Shown here piece by piece: positions 35,561 to 50,100 of a stretch of 64,000 bases of DNA. A program made the translations under genes and the position numbers. Origin of the DNA: Klebsormidium nitens (Eukaryota; Plantae; Klebsormidiophyceae). The notes under the pieces were generated by a model. It saw nothing but the letters and a program-made list of their open reading frames with translations, was not told the DNA's origin and made no database searches. Each line of letters begins with the position of its first letter. Within the stretch, counting starts at the first letter, position 1. The stretch is from assembly GCA_000708835.1 (NCBI GenBank), contig DF237412.1, positions 11,247 to 75,246 of the forward strand. Reading direction: 5' to 3'.

Positions 35561-38500
35561 CTACTTCGAGAGTGTTAGCAACGTGGCCGCCACGACGAGC
35601 ACCGCTCCCGAGATCCAAAATATGGTCCGGTTTCGTTTCCCCTTCATCTCGTCGAACATAAAGATGCCCCACAGGCCGGAAACGAATAAGCTGCTCTGGA
35701 CGATAGGGTATGCGAGACCGTAGCCCAAATATCCAATGGCAAACATCTTCAGTACGGTGGAGGCATTCCAGCAAAGGCCAGCCGCTACACCTGCTCCAAA
35801 CAAAGGGATCAGTATTCAGCTTCATCTTACTTGATACCCGTATCTCAAGAGCTTGAAACAAACTCTAGTCTCTGCCAGAACGTCGAAAGAAGGTTTTGGA
35901 GAAAAAAGCTTGGCATAAGGAGTGTCCCGTGCTCTATAGAAGCGGAGTTGACGCTTCTAATTTGTCTGGTCGTGCTGAAAGCCAGTTCGCCGAGAACGTT
36001 CGACATCGTACCAGTTTCAGCGTCGGTCAGTGACTCGATTCATTTAACACCAAAGAATGCTTTTAAATGCTTGCGATGTTAGCCTCGGACGCAACGAACA
36101 CGAATTCATCTGAAGAATGGTTCTAAAGCATCCAAATGGAAGGTCACCCATCGACCAGAATCTGATATATACCCAAGGTTGGGAAGGTGAGAGGCCTTGC
36201 AGTCGGCTGAACTGATTGGCCTACGAGAAAAGAAACTATAAGCCCCATAGAAAAAACAGTAAAATCCGGTAGATCCAGATAAGCCGAACGTCCCCAATAT
36301 CCACAGAATTCACCCCCGTCGACTCCAGCAAATACCTGACAATCGTTCCCTCTGACTGCGCATTACAGGAAATTCATCCTGGAGTCACTCTCGAACGGTA
36401 AAAATCCACAACCTTTCGCAGGCACGTAGCTTTACGGCACCCTTGGAACATGTGGCAAGCTGAGGCGAACACGTGGCAAGCCTTTCGCCAACGCAGCCAG
36501 GACCGTTACAATGTCAGAGTCAGACATGATGGCCCCCGTTTGGGCTCAGTACTGACCCGTGGCGATTCTCCGCAAGACCTGTGTCAAATTGTGCATCCTC
36601 GTAACGCGCACTGGGGTCTGAAGGTTCAGGTTGAAGTGCTTCATCAGGTATAGGAACAAATTTCTGACACGAGGCAAACTTGAAAGAATCGGGGCGACTC
36701 GAATATTACCTGGCAACGCCGCAGTCTTGGGCTTTAGCTCGATTCGCTCTCTCCTGTAAAGGTGCGGCAGAATGGCAACAACCGGTGCGCCAATGAGCAC
36801 TCCCGCGATTAGCGACGGAAGGTAGGCGATCCCACGGGCGGACTCCGGCACGAATTGCATCGGCGCCAGGATCAGACCCCCAGTCGATCCGGCAATAACC
36901 GAGAAGAATAAACCAGCTGCAGAGCAAAACACAAGGTTGTTTATGGTGTTTGGGACAAGAGACATTACCAAGCGTTAGGTTAGGGAGCCAGGGGACGACT
37001 CTACCTTTCAAATGGAGACTTCAGAGTCAGGCTGAGAAAAGGATCTTCAATCCGAGGTTGGAGAAGACAGTTCTTTGAAACCAAAGCAGATTCTTGACCA
37101 GACTGTCTACCCTGCCGATAGAAGATGAGAAGTTATGACATTGCTGACCATGTCTGTAGACTTAGAACTGTATCCTTTGTTGCTGCTTACAGTGCGCTCG
37201 GACAAACTTCCTGCCAACAACCAGTAAACCAGAAGCAGTAAACGACAAACGCCAGGGAAGAATTGCCACTTGTAAGGAACGGATGGACCAGCCAACTGAA
37301 ATGCGTTCTGGTGAAAGCCTTTCTCTTTCAAGCAAGCAGGCCCAATAGCAGCGGAATGAAAAAGTAGACCGGCAACAAAAACCTTTTTTAAGACTCTCCT
37401 TTCTCACCTGCGAAGTGCCACAGTTTCTTGTTATTCTCCTTGTTGCCAAGCAATCCCGCCACCTCATCATCCTCCATATCAGATGGCCGCCCAGCATAGG
37501 CTATGCCCCCAATGCTAGCTAATAGTAAGCCCAGAGCAGATAATGCAAGAGGCATGTTTCGGAGGTTGCCCCCATTCGGATCGAAGAAGAGGCCGAAACA
37601 GAAGGACATGAGGGATTCTGTCCCGCACTTGACGCCGGTCCCCACAGACGCGCCAAGGAAGCCTGAGAATGAAGTGGACGGTGTCAGAGTGTGAAGACTC
37701 GCTTGAGTTGTGAGTATCAAAGGGTAAGGCCGACAGGTGCATGAAACTGTCGTAGCGACATGGCCACAGAGGGGCAGAGCAAAACTCATACTTGAACCAG
37801 CAATTGCAGTGCCTATGCAAAGAACGCAAGTAATCGCCCATTGAAAATATGAACTGCTGGAAGTTGCAGTATGTAGTGAAAACAGGCGACTCCGCTTGGA
37901 TATGGGCAGACTGCCAGCGTAACGCCTCCACCTGGCATGACCAAACTGACAAGTCGGTAACCAAGGACACCATTAGGGCCGTGGTTGAAAAAACACAGAA
38001 CTATATTACTAAGGAGCACAATCTTCACAGCCGCAAGCATACTGCAGCCCAATCTACCCCTGGAAATCAGTCTATCTGTACTCCTCTCATCCTTTAAGTA
38101 CAGACAGACTTTCTTAGGGCGACCCAGGGTCAATGTTTGCTGGCATCTTCTGGAGTTTGAAAACCTATGAAGGACGAAAGTTGAAACCTTTGCCGGGTGC
38201 AGATATAAAGCGTCTTTTTTCAGGACTCTTGAAAGGCTCACATGCTGGTGGCATGCATGCGCCAAAAGAAAGCCATAAGGCACTTGAGAAACTACAGACA
38301 AGCTGGGTGCAGGCTCAGTTACATTTGAACCTCACAGGCAGTCTCATTCAGTTCACCGAGCAACAGAGCAGAGTCAATGCCGTAGCCTTCACTTAACATC
38401 GTTGGTTGCCTTCACGAGAGGCCAGCGATTTACGTTGTACACTCACTTACGGTCACAAAGGCCCATGCAATTGTTGTCGACAAGAGCATCCCACTAATCA

Positions 38501-38744
38501 GGCCCAGCGGTTGCCAGACGAGCGGCCCATGCAGCGCAGCAATCACCAGTCCGCTTGTGGAGAGCCCTAGGCAGGCCCACAGATTAAATACGGTGTCATC
38601 GACGTCAGAAGGCTTGAACCCGTCCTTTGCCAGCACACTGTAAGTGCCATTGAACACTGCAGAAAGCAGAGCTAGCAGGAAGCCTGTAATGATGCTGCTG
38701 GTGGGGGCGGTGAGTGCGTCGAGGGCGGTCAGCAAAAGCGCCAT
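35561..38744 (-). CDS. TMEM144-like multi-pass membrane protein (DMT superfamily, sugar-transporter-like); 4 exons
   Basis: Four hydrophobic exons join in phase: MALLLT...FNGTYSVLAK...FNLWACLGL...LGLISG...FVTVS / FLGASVGTGVKCGT... / GLFFSVIAGSTGGLILAPM... / GVAAGLCWNAS...GYGLAYPIVQSSLFVSGLWGIFMFDE...TLSK*. The C-terminal 'AYPI.Q....V.GLWG...F.E' pattern is typical of TMEM144/GRP-type DMT proteins. Confidence 0.8.
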
Positions 38745-39410
38745 CTTTCTGCAGCGTTTCCGCGCTGTCCCTGAGGTCTAGAGATCCGCTTCACAGGACT
38801 GCAGCCTAGCAGTTCTTCCACCAGGTTCCGTTCAGCCGCAGTTTCTCCAGTGAATCACACCAGCAGCAGGCATGCAGCTAACAGCTGATACCTCCCGACA
38901 TGCTTTCAGCTTCAAACCCCGAAAAGATGGACCTAAAAGAAGCGGAGGGAAGGGTCCAGAAGCCAGAGAGCGCAGGACAGACGGCTTCTAAGCTGCATGT
39001 GCGCATGCCAATGGCCCTTGCTTGCATGCAATTCAAGCCTCAGCAAGAAATGAAGCACAGCTTGGTTGGGTTTCCCCTGGTTTCTCTGTAGCAGTGTAGG
39101 GTTTGACACTTGGTTAAGCGAGGGCGGTGACGTTGCCCCTGACGGTTGTCCAGTTGCGCAGCCGAGCACCCAGTATTAATTAACGCCGTCTTTCTCGCCG
39201 ACCCCAGAACGGCATCACGGCTTTCCAATTCTTCCGCACGAACCATGCAACGGTTATAGATAACCCTATCCATGCGCGGGGAAGCCGCTCGTTCAAGACG
39301 TAGCTTCAAGTTCAAGTTTTCCAGGGAAATTTTATCAGACCAGTCCTGACTTTGCTGGTGTTTGCCAACCTTCGTTGCTTAGATCGCGCCCCAAGGAGCT
39401 GGCATTTGGG
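38745..39410. promoter_or_regulatory. Divergent (head-to-head) intergenic region, putative bidirectional promoter
   Basis: 666 bp between the TMEM144-like ATG (minus, 38744) and the DapF ATG (plus, 39411). Positional inference only. Confidence 0.4.
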
Positions 39411-42400
39411 ATGGCTTTGACAGCTGCGAGGCTTGTTTCAAGTGGGCAGCTTGCTCTCACATTTAGGACTTCCGACTGCGGTTATGGCCATGGTTTCAAG
39501 AACGATAGGGTAAAGGTGCATCAGAGGCTCCCACGGAAGAACACGATTGCAATGGGGGTGGGGGTAAGTGATGCTGTGAGTTTGTGTGATCATTGATTTG
39601 AGCAGTTTCATCCGTACTACTCTGCTCCCCTTTCATTTTTTTATGTTTCTGTCTGCTCACGGCCCATTGCAAAGAACTCGCTTTTGTTCCTTTCAAGCGT
39701 GTGATGGATGAGAAACCCGTCACGGTAAGAGCAGAAATGCATCAAGGGATCAGCTGTTCTTGTTGGCCGATGCTGCCTTGGGTGGTGTTATTATTGATCT
39801 CAGCATATACATGCCATGCTCTATGAGGACTTCTTTTCTGCCAATCTTGGTGGTTTCAGTGCTTTCAAATTTTCAAGTCAGCGCCACCGTAAATTATTCC
39901 TTCTGATGTTGAAGACAAAGCGTGCTCAGTGTAATTCTATGTTCCTCACCAATCTCCGTGCATCTTCCTTCCTTACTGCCTGTTCTTCTGAAGGTGTGTC
40001 TGAAAGCTGCACATCAGCTTCATTAGAAAGTTATCGTCCTGCCCCTCTTTAGAAGGCAATGTTGTGAACGGGGCTGCCCGGGCATCTCCGCACGTTCCTC
40101 AGACGTGCATACTAACTGTAGCTTCTTAAGAACATCCCAAGAAGACTTCCATTTGTAGAGTCCTGAATCCGGTACTTCACCCTGAAGGCTTTCTTGAGTA
40201 TGCCACCCCTGGCTGGGCCCTTACATCAAACAGTTGTTTCTTGGTGCAACTTATATTCAACCCCAGTGCCTTGAAGCGGTTGCTTACTTGAAGCATTGGA
40301 CCGTTCTGATTGTCCCCAGCTGGCTGCAGAGTGGTTGAGGTCCGTTCTCTGCGGTGCTCGACGGTAAGGGCAGCCTTGTCTTCCTCCAAAGTTTTACACG
40401 AGCTCTTTACGTTGTTTTTCAGTGGAGGCTGGCAAAGGTCCAGTTTTACCCTGTACTGAACGGTATGGATCAAACTTCCGCAGGCAACAGAGTGTCGATG
40501 TGACAGTGATTATCATGCCAGGTATATGCAGATTCAGATCATCTTTCTGCAGAAGCAGACCAGGATTTTGTGCCATTGTGATTCACCGCAATCCAGCTCC
40601 TCATTTGCTTCCACTTCATGCCTCATCTGCCGGCATCTAATGGAGCTTGTTTCCAGTCAGGGTCCTCTACCTTGGTAATTTAGGTCACCCTTTTCCTTTA
40701 TTTGGCTCAACCTGTTTTCATACCATTCTTTGAAGATTCTCCGAGAAGGAATACTGAGTTTTGTCTTCGACTCGCAGAAAGCCAAGGTTGAGTTCGTCAA
40801 GTATCAAGGCCTTGGAAACGACTTCCTTCTGGTCGACAACCGGGACCGGTCAGAGCCGTCAATCAGCCCCGAGCAAGCAGCGAAATTGTGCGATCGGAAT
40901 TTTGGGGTGGGGGGCGATGGCGTCATCTTCGTGCTGCCGGGGAAAGACGGTGCTGACTACACCATGCGAATCTACAACTCGGACAGCAGTGAGCCAGAGG
41001 TGAGGGTTCCTTTGTCAAGGTTGATTCCTCAGTGGACGGTGCAAGCGATGTACCGGACCATTTGCGAGACATGTCAGGGGTGGATTGAGGTCGTTAAGAA
41101 ATGGTCGCGAGTTATTAAGGGTGGATTTAGGCAGGTGAGGCAGACTAGCTACCGAATTGGAGTCCGCTCCAAGTCGAGAGTAAGCAACGGGGAGCTATTG
41201 GCGTGACAATGTGAATGGCCAGAAAATCTTAAGCAACTCACGGTCACAAGGTTTGGTCTGGGCTGTGATGGGACAACTGGACCTAACTTAGGTAAGGGCG
41301 AAACGGATACCTCCATGTGCGCTAAAGATCCTCAAGGATAGCGTTCATTTCGTCCGTTGCCTGCAGACTCTGCCGTTGAAAGGAGTCATTACGCACTTGG
41401 CTTCTGGGAGCTTCGAAGAGTTCAGACAGTCCTTGTTTATGCGAGTCTTCGGTCTGATTTGTCCGACTAAACAAACTCGCAGATGCTGATTGTGGAAACA
41501 ACGGCCCTCAAACTGTCTTGCAAAGAACAGTCCTCTTGTAGCCTGGTCTACTTTGGATCAAATTCGTTTCGCTACTTCGGGCAACTCCGAAAACCGAACG
41601 GGAGAGGGAAGCAGACAGTCGGGACGGCAAGCTTTGCACGATTGCAGTTGTCCCGGAGACATGCACGAGCTTTCGATAGGGTGCTGGTTTCTTATTGGCT
41701 GCAATTGACTTTCGCCTCAGCGCTCTGATGTAGGACATTTTTCGGGGGTTCTGGAAGTGTATCAAAGTTCGTGTGCGGTCCTGCGGAAGTGGTCGTCAAA
41801 GCATATGGATTTCTGTTTTGGACAACAAAAGAAACGCTGAGTGTCAAGATGACCGGCGCTCCCAGATGAATACCGTTCTATTTCACACGTCCGACGTAAG
41901 TGAATCTGTTAGACGAGGTTTTGGCAGACCCAAGCGCAACTTGCGCTGGAGAGCACAATCATCGCCCGTGTTAGCTCTTCATCTCTTCGAACCGACGATA
42001 CTTCGCCACTGTTTGTACGAGTACCTCCATCCAAGCCACCAGCGGTTGGTACAAAGCAGGACACAAATCAACGTGGGAGACCCTGCAACAGGCAAGGCAT
42101 TCCGTTTTCAACATTTGGACTTCACGAGAAAAAAGTAATTTGCTTGCGCAGATGTGCGGGAACGGCATCCGGTGCATGGCGAAGTTCGTCGCAGACCTGG
42201 AGCAGGCGTCCGGGTCCAAGGCGTACACAATCAACACGCTGGCGGGGCCGATCAAGCCGGTGCTACGGGATGATGGCCAGGTGTGTTTTTGTGATCAGAA
42301 CAAGATCGAACGAGACAGATTGGTGCATCGCAACCGGCTGAAACTCCTCTAATTGCGAGCTAGAAGTCTTAGTTCTCATGTCCGGTTTTAATCTGTGTCA

Positions 42401-45161
42401 GAACTCGTCACTTGTCTGAGCTTCTCACGTTTGAATCCATTGGGAAATCAGCTCGTATGTCGCTGTAGCCTTACCGAGGCAGCATCTTGGGATTGGTGAT
42501 CGAATTCCTACATCCAATACTGACATGGCTCACGTGATCTCATCCTGTTCATGCTGTTCCGGTTGTCGTGTATCCCGTAAGGAACCGTGTGTCTACGATT
42601 CGGGCACTTCGATGCACTCTCAGACGCATCCTCACAGCATTTTGTTCAATTTGGGAGTCTTTGGCGCCCACAAAATGGATCTGCATTGAGAACCCGGCTT
42701 GATGTATGCAGGTCGTGGTCGACATGGGGCCACCGATTCTAAAAGCTGCCGACATCCCGACGACTCTCAAGCCTACGCGCGAGGACGGGAGCGTTGTCGC
42801 GGCGCCGTTAGAAGTGGACGGGCTGACGTGGGCCGTGACGTGTGTCAGCATGGGGAACCCGCACTGCATAACGTTTGGCTGCGTAGGGGCTGAGGAGGTG
42901 CGCGTTTTGGGGTTCTTGAGAGTCAGAACTTGAGAGTTTTGGGTTCAGAATTTTGGAACTTGGAAATCTGGAACTTCGGAACAGCAGCCAACTTTTCGTA
43001 GTCGTCTTAGCAGTGCGGCCATGTTCTTTTCCTCTCTTCCCACTCCGCCTCCAGTCTCAACAACGTTTAACACTAGCTGCATCAGGAAACTCCACGCCCT
43101 TTCGATGACGTTTCTTTCGGCCTGTGGCGCTACCTTGATCCACGGACACTGGGCTACTACATATCTGCCTTTGCGGCTTCGATCTCAATAGCTTTATCAA
43201 GAAGTAGAATATATTTCTTGGATTCAGACATTTCAATGACTGCCGACATTCCTTGTGGCCCCTGACCGTTGGTGCTGCCACTATTCGCACGCTTCACCGC
43301 TTGGAAAAGCACGAGAGAGGCGTCGAAATTCTCCTTCCCGCCCGTCTTACACCCTGTCAAAAGCTGTTAGACGTATGTACCTTGATAAAATTGACACGCC
43401 AGGTAGATTGACCATGGAATTGCTCGACAGAATGCGTGGAAGGAGAACGTGGACCAAATTCGCTCGTTTGGGAACCCCAAGCTCTAGAACCCTTTCCGGC
43501 CCGCAGGCCGGTTCGGGGTTCGGACTCCTCTGTATATTTCGGTACCGGGCCATTCACGGTACACTGTACCCTTCTTCTTTTGCTGGCGGTCGTAGGTAGT
43601 GTGGTTCGAAGCAGAGTACCGGGAAGGTTGCCCGGTCATTTTCACGAGTGCCGGGGGCAGCTACACCACTTGCGCGCAGTCCAGGGCTGAGTGGGGGTTC
43701 GAAAAGTCCGAATTTGGTTTACGTTCTCCTTCCATGGGTTCTGACACCATCCTTTATCTGTCTTCTCAGGGATTGAAAGTGTCAGAGATCCCGCTAGCGC
43801 ACATAGGGCCTCTGTTCGAACGCAACGCCGTATTCCCTGCCCGGATCAACACAGAATTTGTCGAAGTGGTGTCAAGAACGAGGCTAAAGATGCGAGTGTG
43901 GGAGAGGGGCGCAGGTAACGGATCAGCTATCCCGACTAATCATTTCACAACATTAATTGCATCCCCTTAACAATTGTGAAACGCTGCAAGTATCGCTTTG
44001 TCCTCTGGATCTCTCTTGACCTTTGTACGGTATGAGCTGGTCAGCGAACGACCCCATGTTACGGCCAAATCGAGCGATACTTGACAAGAGATTCCGCTTC
44101 CTCTTGGCTGTACATCTTCGCTTCGAAGCCGATGGCTGCACCGAACTGCGTCTTTGTCGTGGTTGGACGGACCCACGGCAGAAAAGGCCCCGTACGAATC
44201 GTCTGACGTCCGCTCGTACGATTTGACGTGAAGACATCTGAGGAACTCTCAAGGTCCTTCTCAAAGAGGAAGCTGAATCGAGAGTTGATCTGATCTTGGA
44301 TTGACAGATTTGAAAGACGGCCACAAAGAATCAAATCAGAGCTTTCAATAAAGTCGGCAGGGTGAAGCAATCAGAACGAGCAACAAGAAGCGTGCAAAGT
44401 GCTCTTCGTCCCGATCCTTTCCTGCTTTGGTCTCTGGCATAGTGGTGCCTCCAGCGTCGTTTGACGCTGAAAAAGGAGGACCGTGCAAGGGACGCGCTTG
44501 ACCTCGCTAAATTCAATTTTGTAAACCTTCAACTTGGTGGTCATTTGCAGGGCCGACACTTGCTTGCGGAACGGGGGCATGCGCGCTGCTAGTGGCGGCA
44601 GTTCTTGAGGGACGGGCAGAGCGGGTAAGCCTAGAGTGCCCACTAAACCCAATCTGACGGTCTCTGCGCTTGCTCGGACCGACAAAATGGACGGACTGAA
44701 AAACGGAGCACTCTCAAGGATTCCCCTTGATCAGACTTTCTCATGACGACGAATCAGATCTAGTCGATTTGCCGATTTTGGCGGATGATTTTGAGAATCA
44801 GATCTGGAATATCCAAGCTCTCCGGTAGTGCTGCTTCTTTTGGCCCATGCTTTGACAGATGGCGGAAGTACCTTGTCGGACCGCGTCACACTTGTGCATT
44901 CCTGCCAAGGGGTCGTCTACGGTCTGCATCGCCAGAAAAGTTCTGAGCAGCTATGTGATTGTACTTTCGTTTTTGGAACTCGCCGGAAGCTTGCCATGCG
45001 AGGTGGACTGATGCCGGATCCTGTATCGCTTTTTCCAGACATGCACGGTTGAGCTACCAGGAGGCCCTCTTGAGATTGAGTGGCGGGAATCAGACAACCG
45101 CGTCTACATGACGGGCCCTGCGGAAGCTGTTTTTGAAGGTATCGCGCAGGTCAACGACTAG
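39411..45161 (+). CDS. dapF: Diaminopimelate epimerase with putative plastid transit peptide; 7 exons
   Basis: Exon 39411-39563 (51 aa, transit-like) joins 40778 ([16 protein letters not shown]...[10 protein letters not shown]...NSDSSEPE), 42152 (MCGNGIRC), 42709 (VDMG...VSMGNPHC), about 43770 ([10 protein letters not shown]...RVWERGAG), 44551 ([10 protein letters not shown]) and 45039-45161 (LPGG.L.IEW...[13 protein letters not shown]...*). Both catalytic Cys are present. Confidence 0.96.
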
Positions 45162-47179
45162 GACAGGTTGATATAGGCGTGTTAAATTTTGATATCCTTT
45201 ACGGCGGCTAACGCATACGGCCGTACCTCCAGTTTTGCTTAACCTGGGTTGCTAAGGTGAAACGGCTCTCAATTGAGGGCATGGCTGGCACTAGACCCTA
45301 GCTAAAGTCAAGTTCAAGCAGGCCGTCATTCATTGGAGCATGCCTTTGGATGGTTTATCGATTGAGCCCGCTTACATATCAACCAATGGTTGCCTCCGGC
45401 CAGTTCGGGCTGTCGTACGGTATCCGCACGTGCACACGGCATTCTTTATGGTTGAACGTGCTCCTGAATCAAAGTACCGGTCAATAGCCTGTCGGAGCAT
45501 GCATGAGTCGCAGGCTATCTTGTAAGATGGTCTCTCATGTAGCTCGCGCAGCCTGCGCTGAGCGCTTGCCAGAGCAACGGTTGTCAGGATCGGCCACATA
45601 TGCATGAGGCCGGCCATGTGCGCGCCGCGTGAACGCTGTCGCGGATGATGGTGGCCGCTCTTAGTTGAGTCTATGCATTCTCTGGTAATGATCCACGTAC
45701 GCGTCGGACTCACGTTCGAACTTGACGATCTGTCAATTCCGACAGCATGCGCATGCAGCGGCAAGCTTTATAGCAGTCTGGCTTGCCAGGTAATGCCACA
45801 TGACAGCAAAAGTCAAGATCATGTGGCATACATTCGCCAGCGCCGACATCGAATTCAAGCTTTCCGACAACTTCATTGATTGTATAGTGATTGCGATCCT
45901 GAGTACCATACCGTACATCCGAAGTCAAGCTGCAAACGATTGAAATCCAGCTGCGCACTCTTGCGACCATCCTGTATATAGAGAAAGCGTTCAGGGACCA
46001 GGCCCGAAGCATAATATATTCTCGATGACCAACTAAATGCCCATTGCATGCCAGGCTACGTTTAAACCCTTCGCATACAAGGTTGACTCAATCATGATGA
46101 GCGCGCGTGCTGAGCGCACAAGGGAGGCTTGCGATGACAATGATTCTGTACACTTCAACTCATATACAAGTAGCCGTTGCAAAATATCACTATTGTCTAC
46201 CTCAGCTTGAGTTTGATATTTTATGATCCAGCCTGGCTTACCCGGCTCCCGGGCGCCGCTTCAGACAGTCGGGGCAAGAGGTTCCTAAATTCGTGGTGTA
46301 CCTACCACCCCCTCGCTATTCTAATCCTCGTCCTTATCCATCCAGAGTGCTTCACCATTGTTTAACTCGCTCATGTTTTCGAGGGCAGCTGCCGCTCAGT
46401 GTCCTCCTCATTCGCTCCGCTTGGCTCTGAACCCGGGGCTCAAACGCCTGGCACCCACCAAACCTGCCCCTTGTCTGGGTGCGGCTTCCAGAAAGCCCCC
46501 CTCGCATGCCCTGCCTTCTCCCCACGACGCGCCTAAGTTCGATTCCGTGCTGCTCGCGGACGGTTGGTGCCCGCTCGGCAAAACCCCGACGCACCTTCGA
46601 GTCAGAATTGCTCCCGGTGGTGTCCCCCGGGTCTTTTTAGCAGGTTCAACGCAGCCGGGGGATCCCCCGGGTTTCATTCGGGGCGTGCGCAGCTTGGAAT
46701 GTTGCGCCAATGCTTGGGCAACCACGGCGTCGTAGGGCGCAGCCGCCAGCAAAGCCGGGGCGTGGTACTCGGGTAAACTCGGAAGCAACCCACCTACGTC
46801 AAGCTAACTAAGGAAGACCGAAAGTAGAAATCGAGGACTGCCACCTGGCTGGGCCGTGTTCGGAGCACTGTTTGGATTGAGAATCGTCCGTCGGGTTTGC
46901 AGCCGGTGTTACTGCACGGAAGAAAATGCACACTCTTAAAACCGGAGCACCTCGAACATGGTTACACATTCGTACATGTAGCCAGTTCCAGTGAACCATC
47001 GGGAGGCCACCTGCGAAACAGCTCGTCCGCCTTGATGGCGCAAGTTCATAAAGGTCTCCATAAACTTTCGGTAAACAACCAGGGTTTGTGTTAAGATTTT
47101 GAAGTCTTTGCAACTAATTGACGAATCTGCGAGCTCTCCTTGGCGCTCAACTAGAAAGGGCTGTCGACTGGGTTACTTT

Positions 47180-50100
47180 TAAGGTCATCTACATCCGTTT
47201 GCATCTGAAGAGCAACCCCCCAATCTCTGCCCGCCTGTAATCGAATTCTCGACGTTTCTGCTTCAAGCTCTTGGCCTCATCAGCTTTGAGTCGGTCACTC
47301 TCATGAGCTCCTGAAAGCCTGTGGTTCAAATCTCTACCCCTAGAACCCAAGATTTCGAAATTTTAAAACTCACCAGATTGCCTAGGCGTCACCAGTTGCG
47401 ACCCTCCCGGCTGGTTGAGCACGTTCACACCCGTCGGTGTAGCTCGGGCCTCCAGCACCGCCGCTGATTGCACGACGTGGCCCAGCGCTGCCAGGTTACG
47501 AACGGGGGATTCATTTACAGGATTCAAAACCTGAAGAATCGGATTTTACATCGCTTTCCGCCTCAGCTTTCTAGAGTGAGACTCGACAACCAGAACAGGA
47601 TGGTGCGACAAGGCCGTGCTGATTTGTCGAAACAAACAGAGGGGTCCAGGTGATGGAGCGATACCATATACGGCTGGATTTTTCTTGGCTGCTACACTCT
47701 CACAACCAGAAAGCGCTGGAGAAAACACTGACCTGCCAGTAAGGCCAACGAAGCGGACGGCGACACAACGGTCATTGACTGTTCTCACGGAGCCTGCACA
47801 TAGGAGAGAATGGACTTCAAGCTTGGACGGCGTTCAACCAAAGCTTTACAAAAAACGCACGAACTTATAGAAAGCGTGTGTGGGGGAGCACGAAGGCCGT
47901 TTGCAAAGCGTCTTTTGGATCCAACGTGCGCAAATTCGCTCAGGTCCGAAGAGCGATTTCTTGCCATATGGCAGATCAACTGTGCCAGCTGTGCCCCAGT
48001 TGCAAGGGCACTTAACGTCATTTTCTGTAGTCATCGCTCTCAAGGGCCTCAATGTCGGATACCAACCTCGATCTGGCAATCAGCTTGCAAACATAAGCGT
48101 TTCCTCCGAACACCTCTCTTGCCATTATCCCGATCAAGTGCTACCCGAGTTTGACAACACAGAATTGTTTCCGTACGTACGACACAGCCCGCGGTCTTCG
48201 ACAGTTCTTACCTTCTCTCTCCAGTTGGCGCGTCTGCTCCGGCCGGCCCCTCTTCCGTAGCTTCGTCAAATGTCCCCTCGGATCCTTTTCTCTCCGACCC
48301 CTCTCCGCTTCCCCGCTTTGGACCAGTTTTCTCACCCCTCTGTTCTTCGTTTCTTTTCCTCCTGATCCACTCTTGCCGCATCTGCGACATCTTCTTTTGG
48401 GCGACCAGCAGCTCCTCGGCCTCCGCAGCATGGTCGCCAGCTTTCAGCTTATTCCACCAGCTCACTATGAGCCCGTTGCTCACGAAGTAGGCTTGCTTGA
48501 CCATGTCCTTGACCAGTCCCACCAGCTTCTCCGGCTGATGGGCTCTCAAATACATAGACGCCAACCTGAGAAGATACAAGAAATAGCGTCGTTTACTTCC
48601 GAGCCCGGACAAGCCCAATCGAAGTCACATGAAAGATCTGCACCGACTGTCATGAGAAGATGTGAGCGCCAAAGAGACGGCAAATCCCCAACAGTAATCA
48701 CAAGTGCTGCTACTGATCCACTGCTTTCGTCACCTATGATTGGGAGCCTCGGTCTGGTCTGCTTCGCATACAAGCTCAACGGCAGTGGCCCGAACCGAAA
48801 CACGCGCTCTCGAAAGCATCATCGCCAGAATGGAGTAAAGAAACTCGTTTCTCGATACATAGAGGCGACTGTGGGCCTTGAACGCCTAGCAAGAATGCCT
48901 AGCACATGGACACCGACCCACGTAAACGGAAGTCGAAGAGAGAAGGTGGCAGCATCGTACTCTTGAAAAGCTCGTTCTGGCAGGACATGAGGTTCCTGCC
49001 TTTTGCGCCGCACTGCGAAGTAGTCCGCCAACACACCCTCCGCTTCAGCGGCCCAATTCTTTTCCGCCAATCGTTCAATCACGTTTGCGAAGTCGACTGC
49101 ATAGAAGTCGGCCTCTAACCCCTTGCCGACCAAGTACGCCTGCAGGGGTTCAGAATGTTGATAAGAAAAAGGGATGCTTCCGAACCCCCTGCCGACCCAA
49201 AAAATCCTGAAGGTGATAGATGACATCGAAGAAATCATCGGTCAAAAGTCGTTCGTTCTAGAGCGTACTTCCCATAAAGATGCATAATGTGGACGGGGGA
49301 TGCACAAAAAGTGGTCGAGAAAGTCAAGCAGCAACAATTTCATAAGTGAACCTATGTATACTTGTTGATTGTGAACCTGATGCACGTGCAGGTCGAGAAA
49401 GGGAATGCAAGCATTAATCCAAGCATAGAGTGGCGAGAATGTTTTTGCGGACCTTTCTAGCAATCAGCTTCATGAATACGGAAAAAAATCCTTGAGGTGC
49501 AAGGAACGGGACAAGGGGCCGTTGTCTTTGGGACCAGGTTCAGGAAAAGTGGAGTTACGTGGAAGAATTGGTGCAGTTTGCGGTTCGCTTGGAAGTAGGA
49601 GGAGTGAATTCAAGCCTTAGCAAGCTCAATGCGGGCTCTCTCGCAAGCGACAGGACTCAAAGCAACAAGCAAGCAGGCATGGCCTTGATATGCCAACTAG
49701 AGCTTGACAAACGTGATCAGACGAAGTATAAAAGGGGCCATATCCAGCCACGGAGACATTGGCCTCTTTACACAGGAAGGAATCCCGCATCATTGATTGC
49801 TTTCTTGAGGCCTAAATGGGCAAATGTCAACGCTTACAATCGTGCTCGCAACAGCTAAAAGGCTGGAACTTGACTGAACAATTCGCTTCGCAACAAAGCA
49901 GCAGAGCACTCCATCCTCATGTTCTCCAGTACAAGGACAGGCCAAAGCACAAGGAGTCAAAGCCTCTAATACTCCAAGCCCAGACATTAGGATACAACAT
50001 TTCAAAGGCTTGCCTGGTACATTGCCTTGGTCAGCCTGCGATTACTGTAGCACCTCTTGATAAGCAGCGCTTGCACTGCCAGGCTGTCATGGTGGGATCC

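Noticed and set aside
40960-40999. DapF motif reads NSDSSEPE rather than NSDGSEPE
   Set aside because: A single small-residue change; both catalytic cysteines and the other motifs are intact, so there is no basis for altered function.
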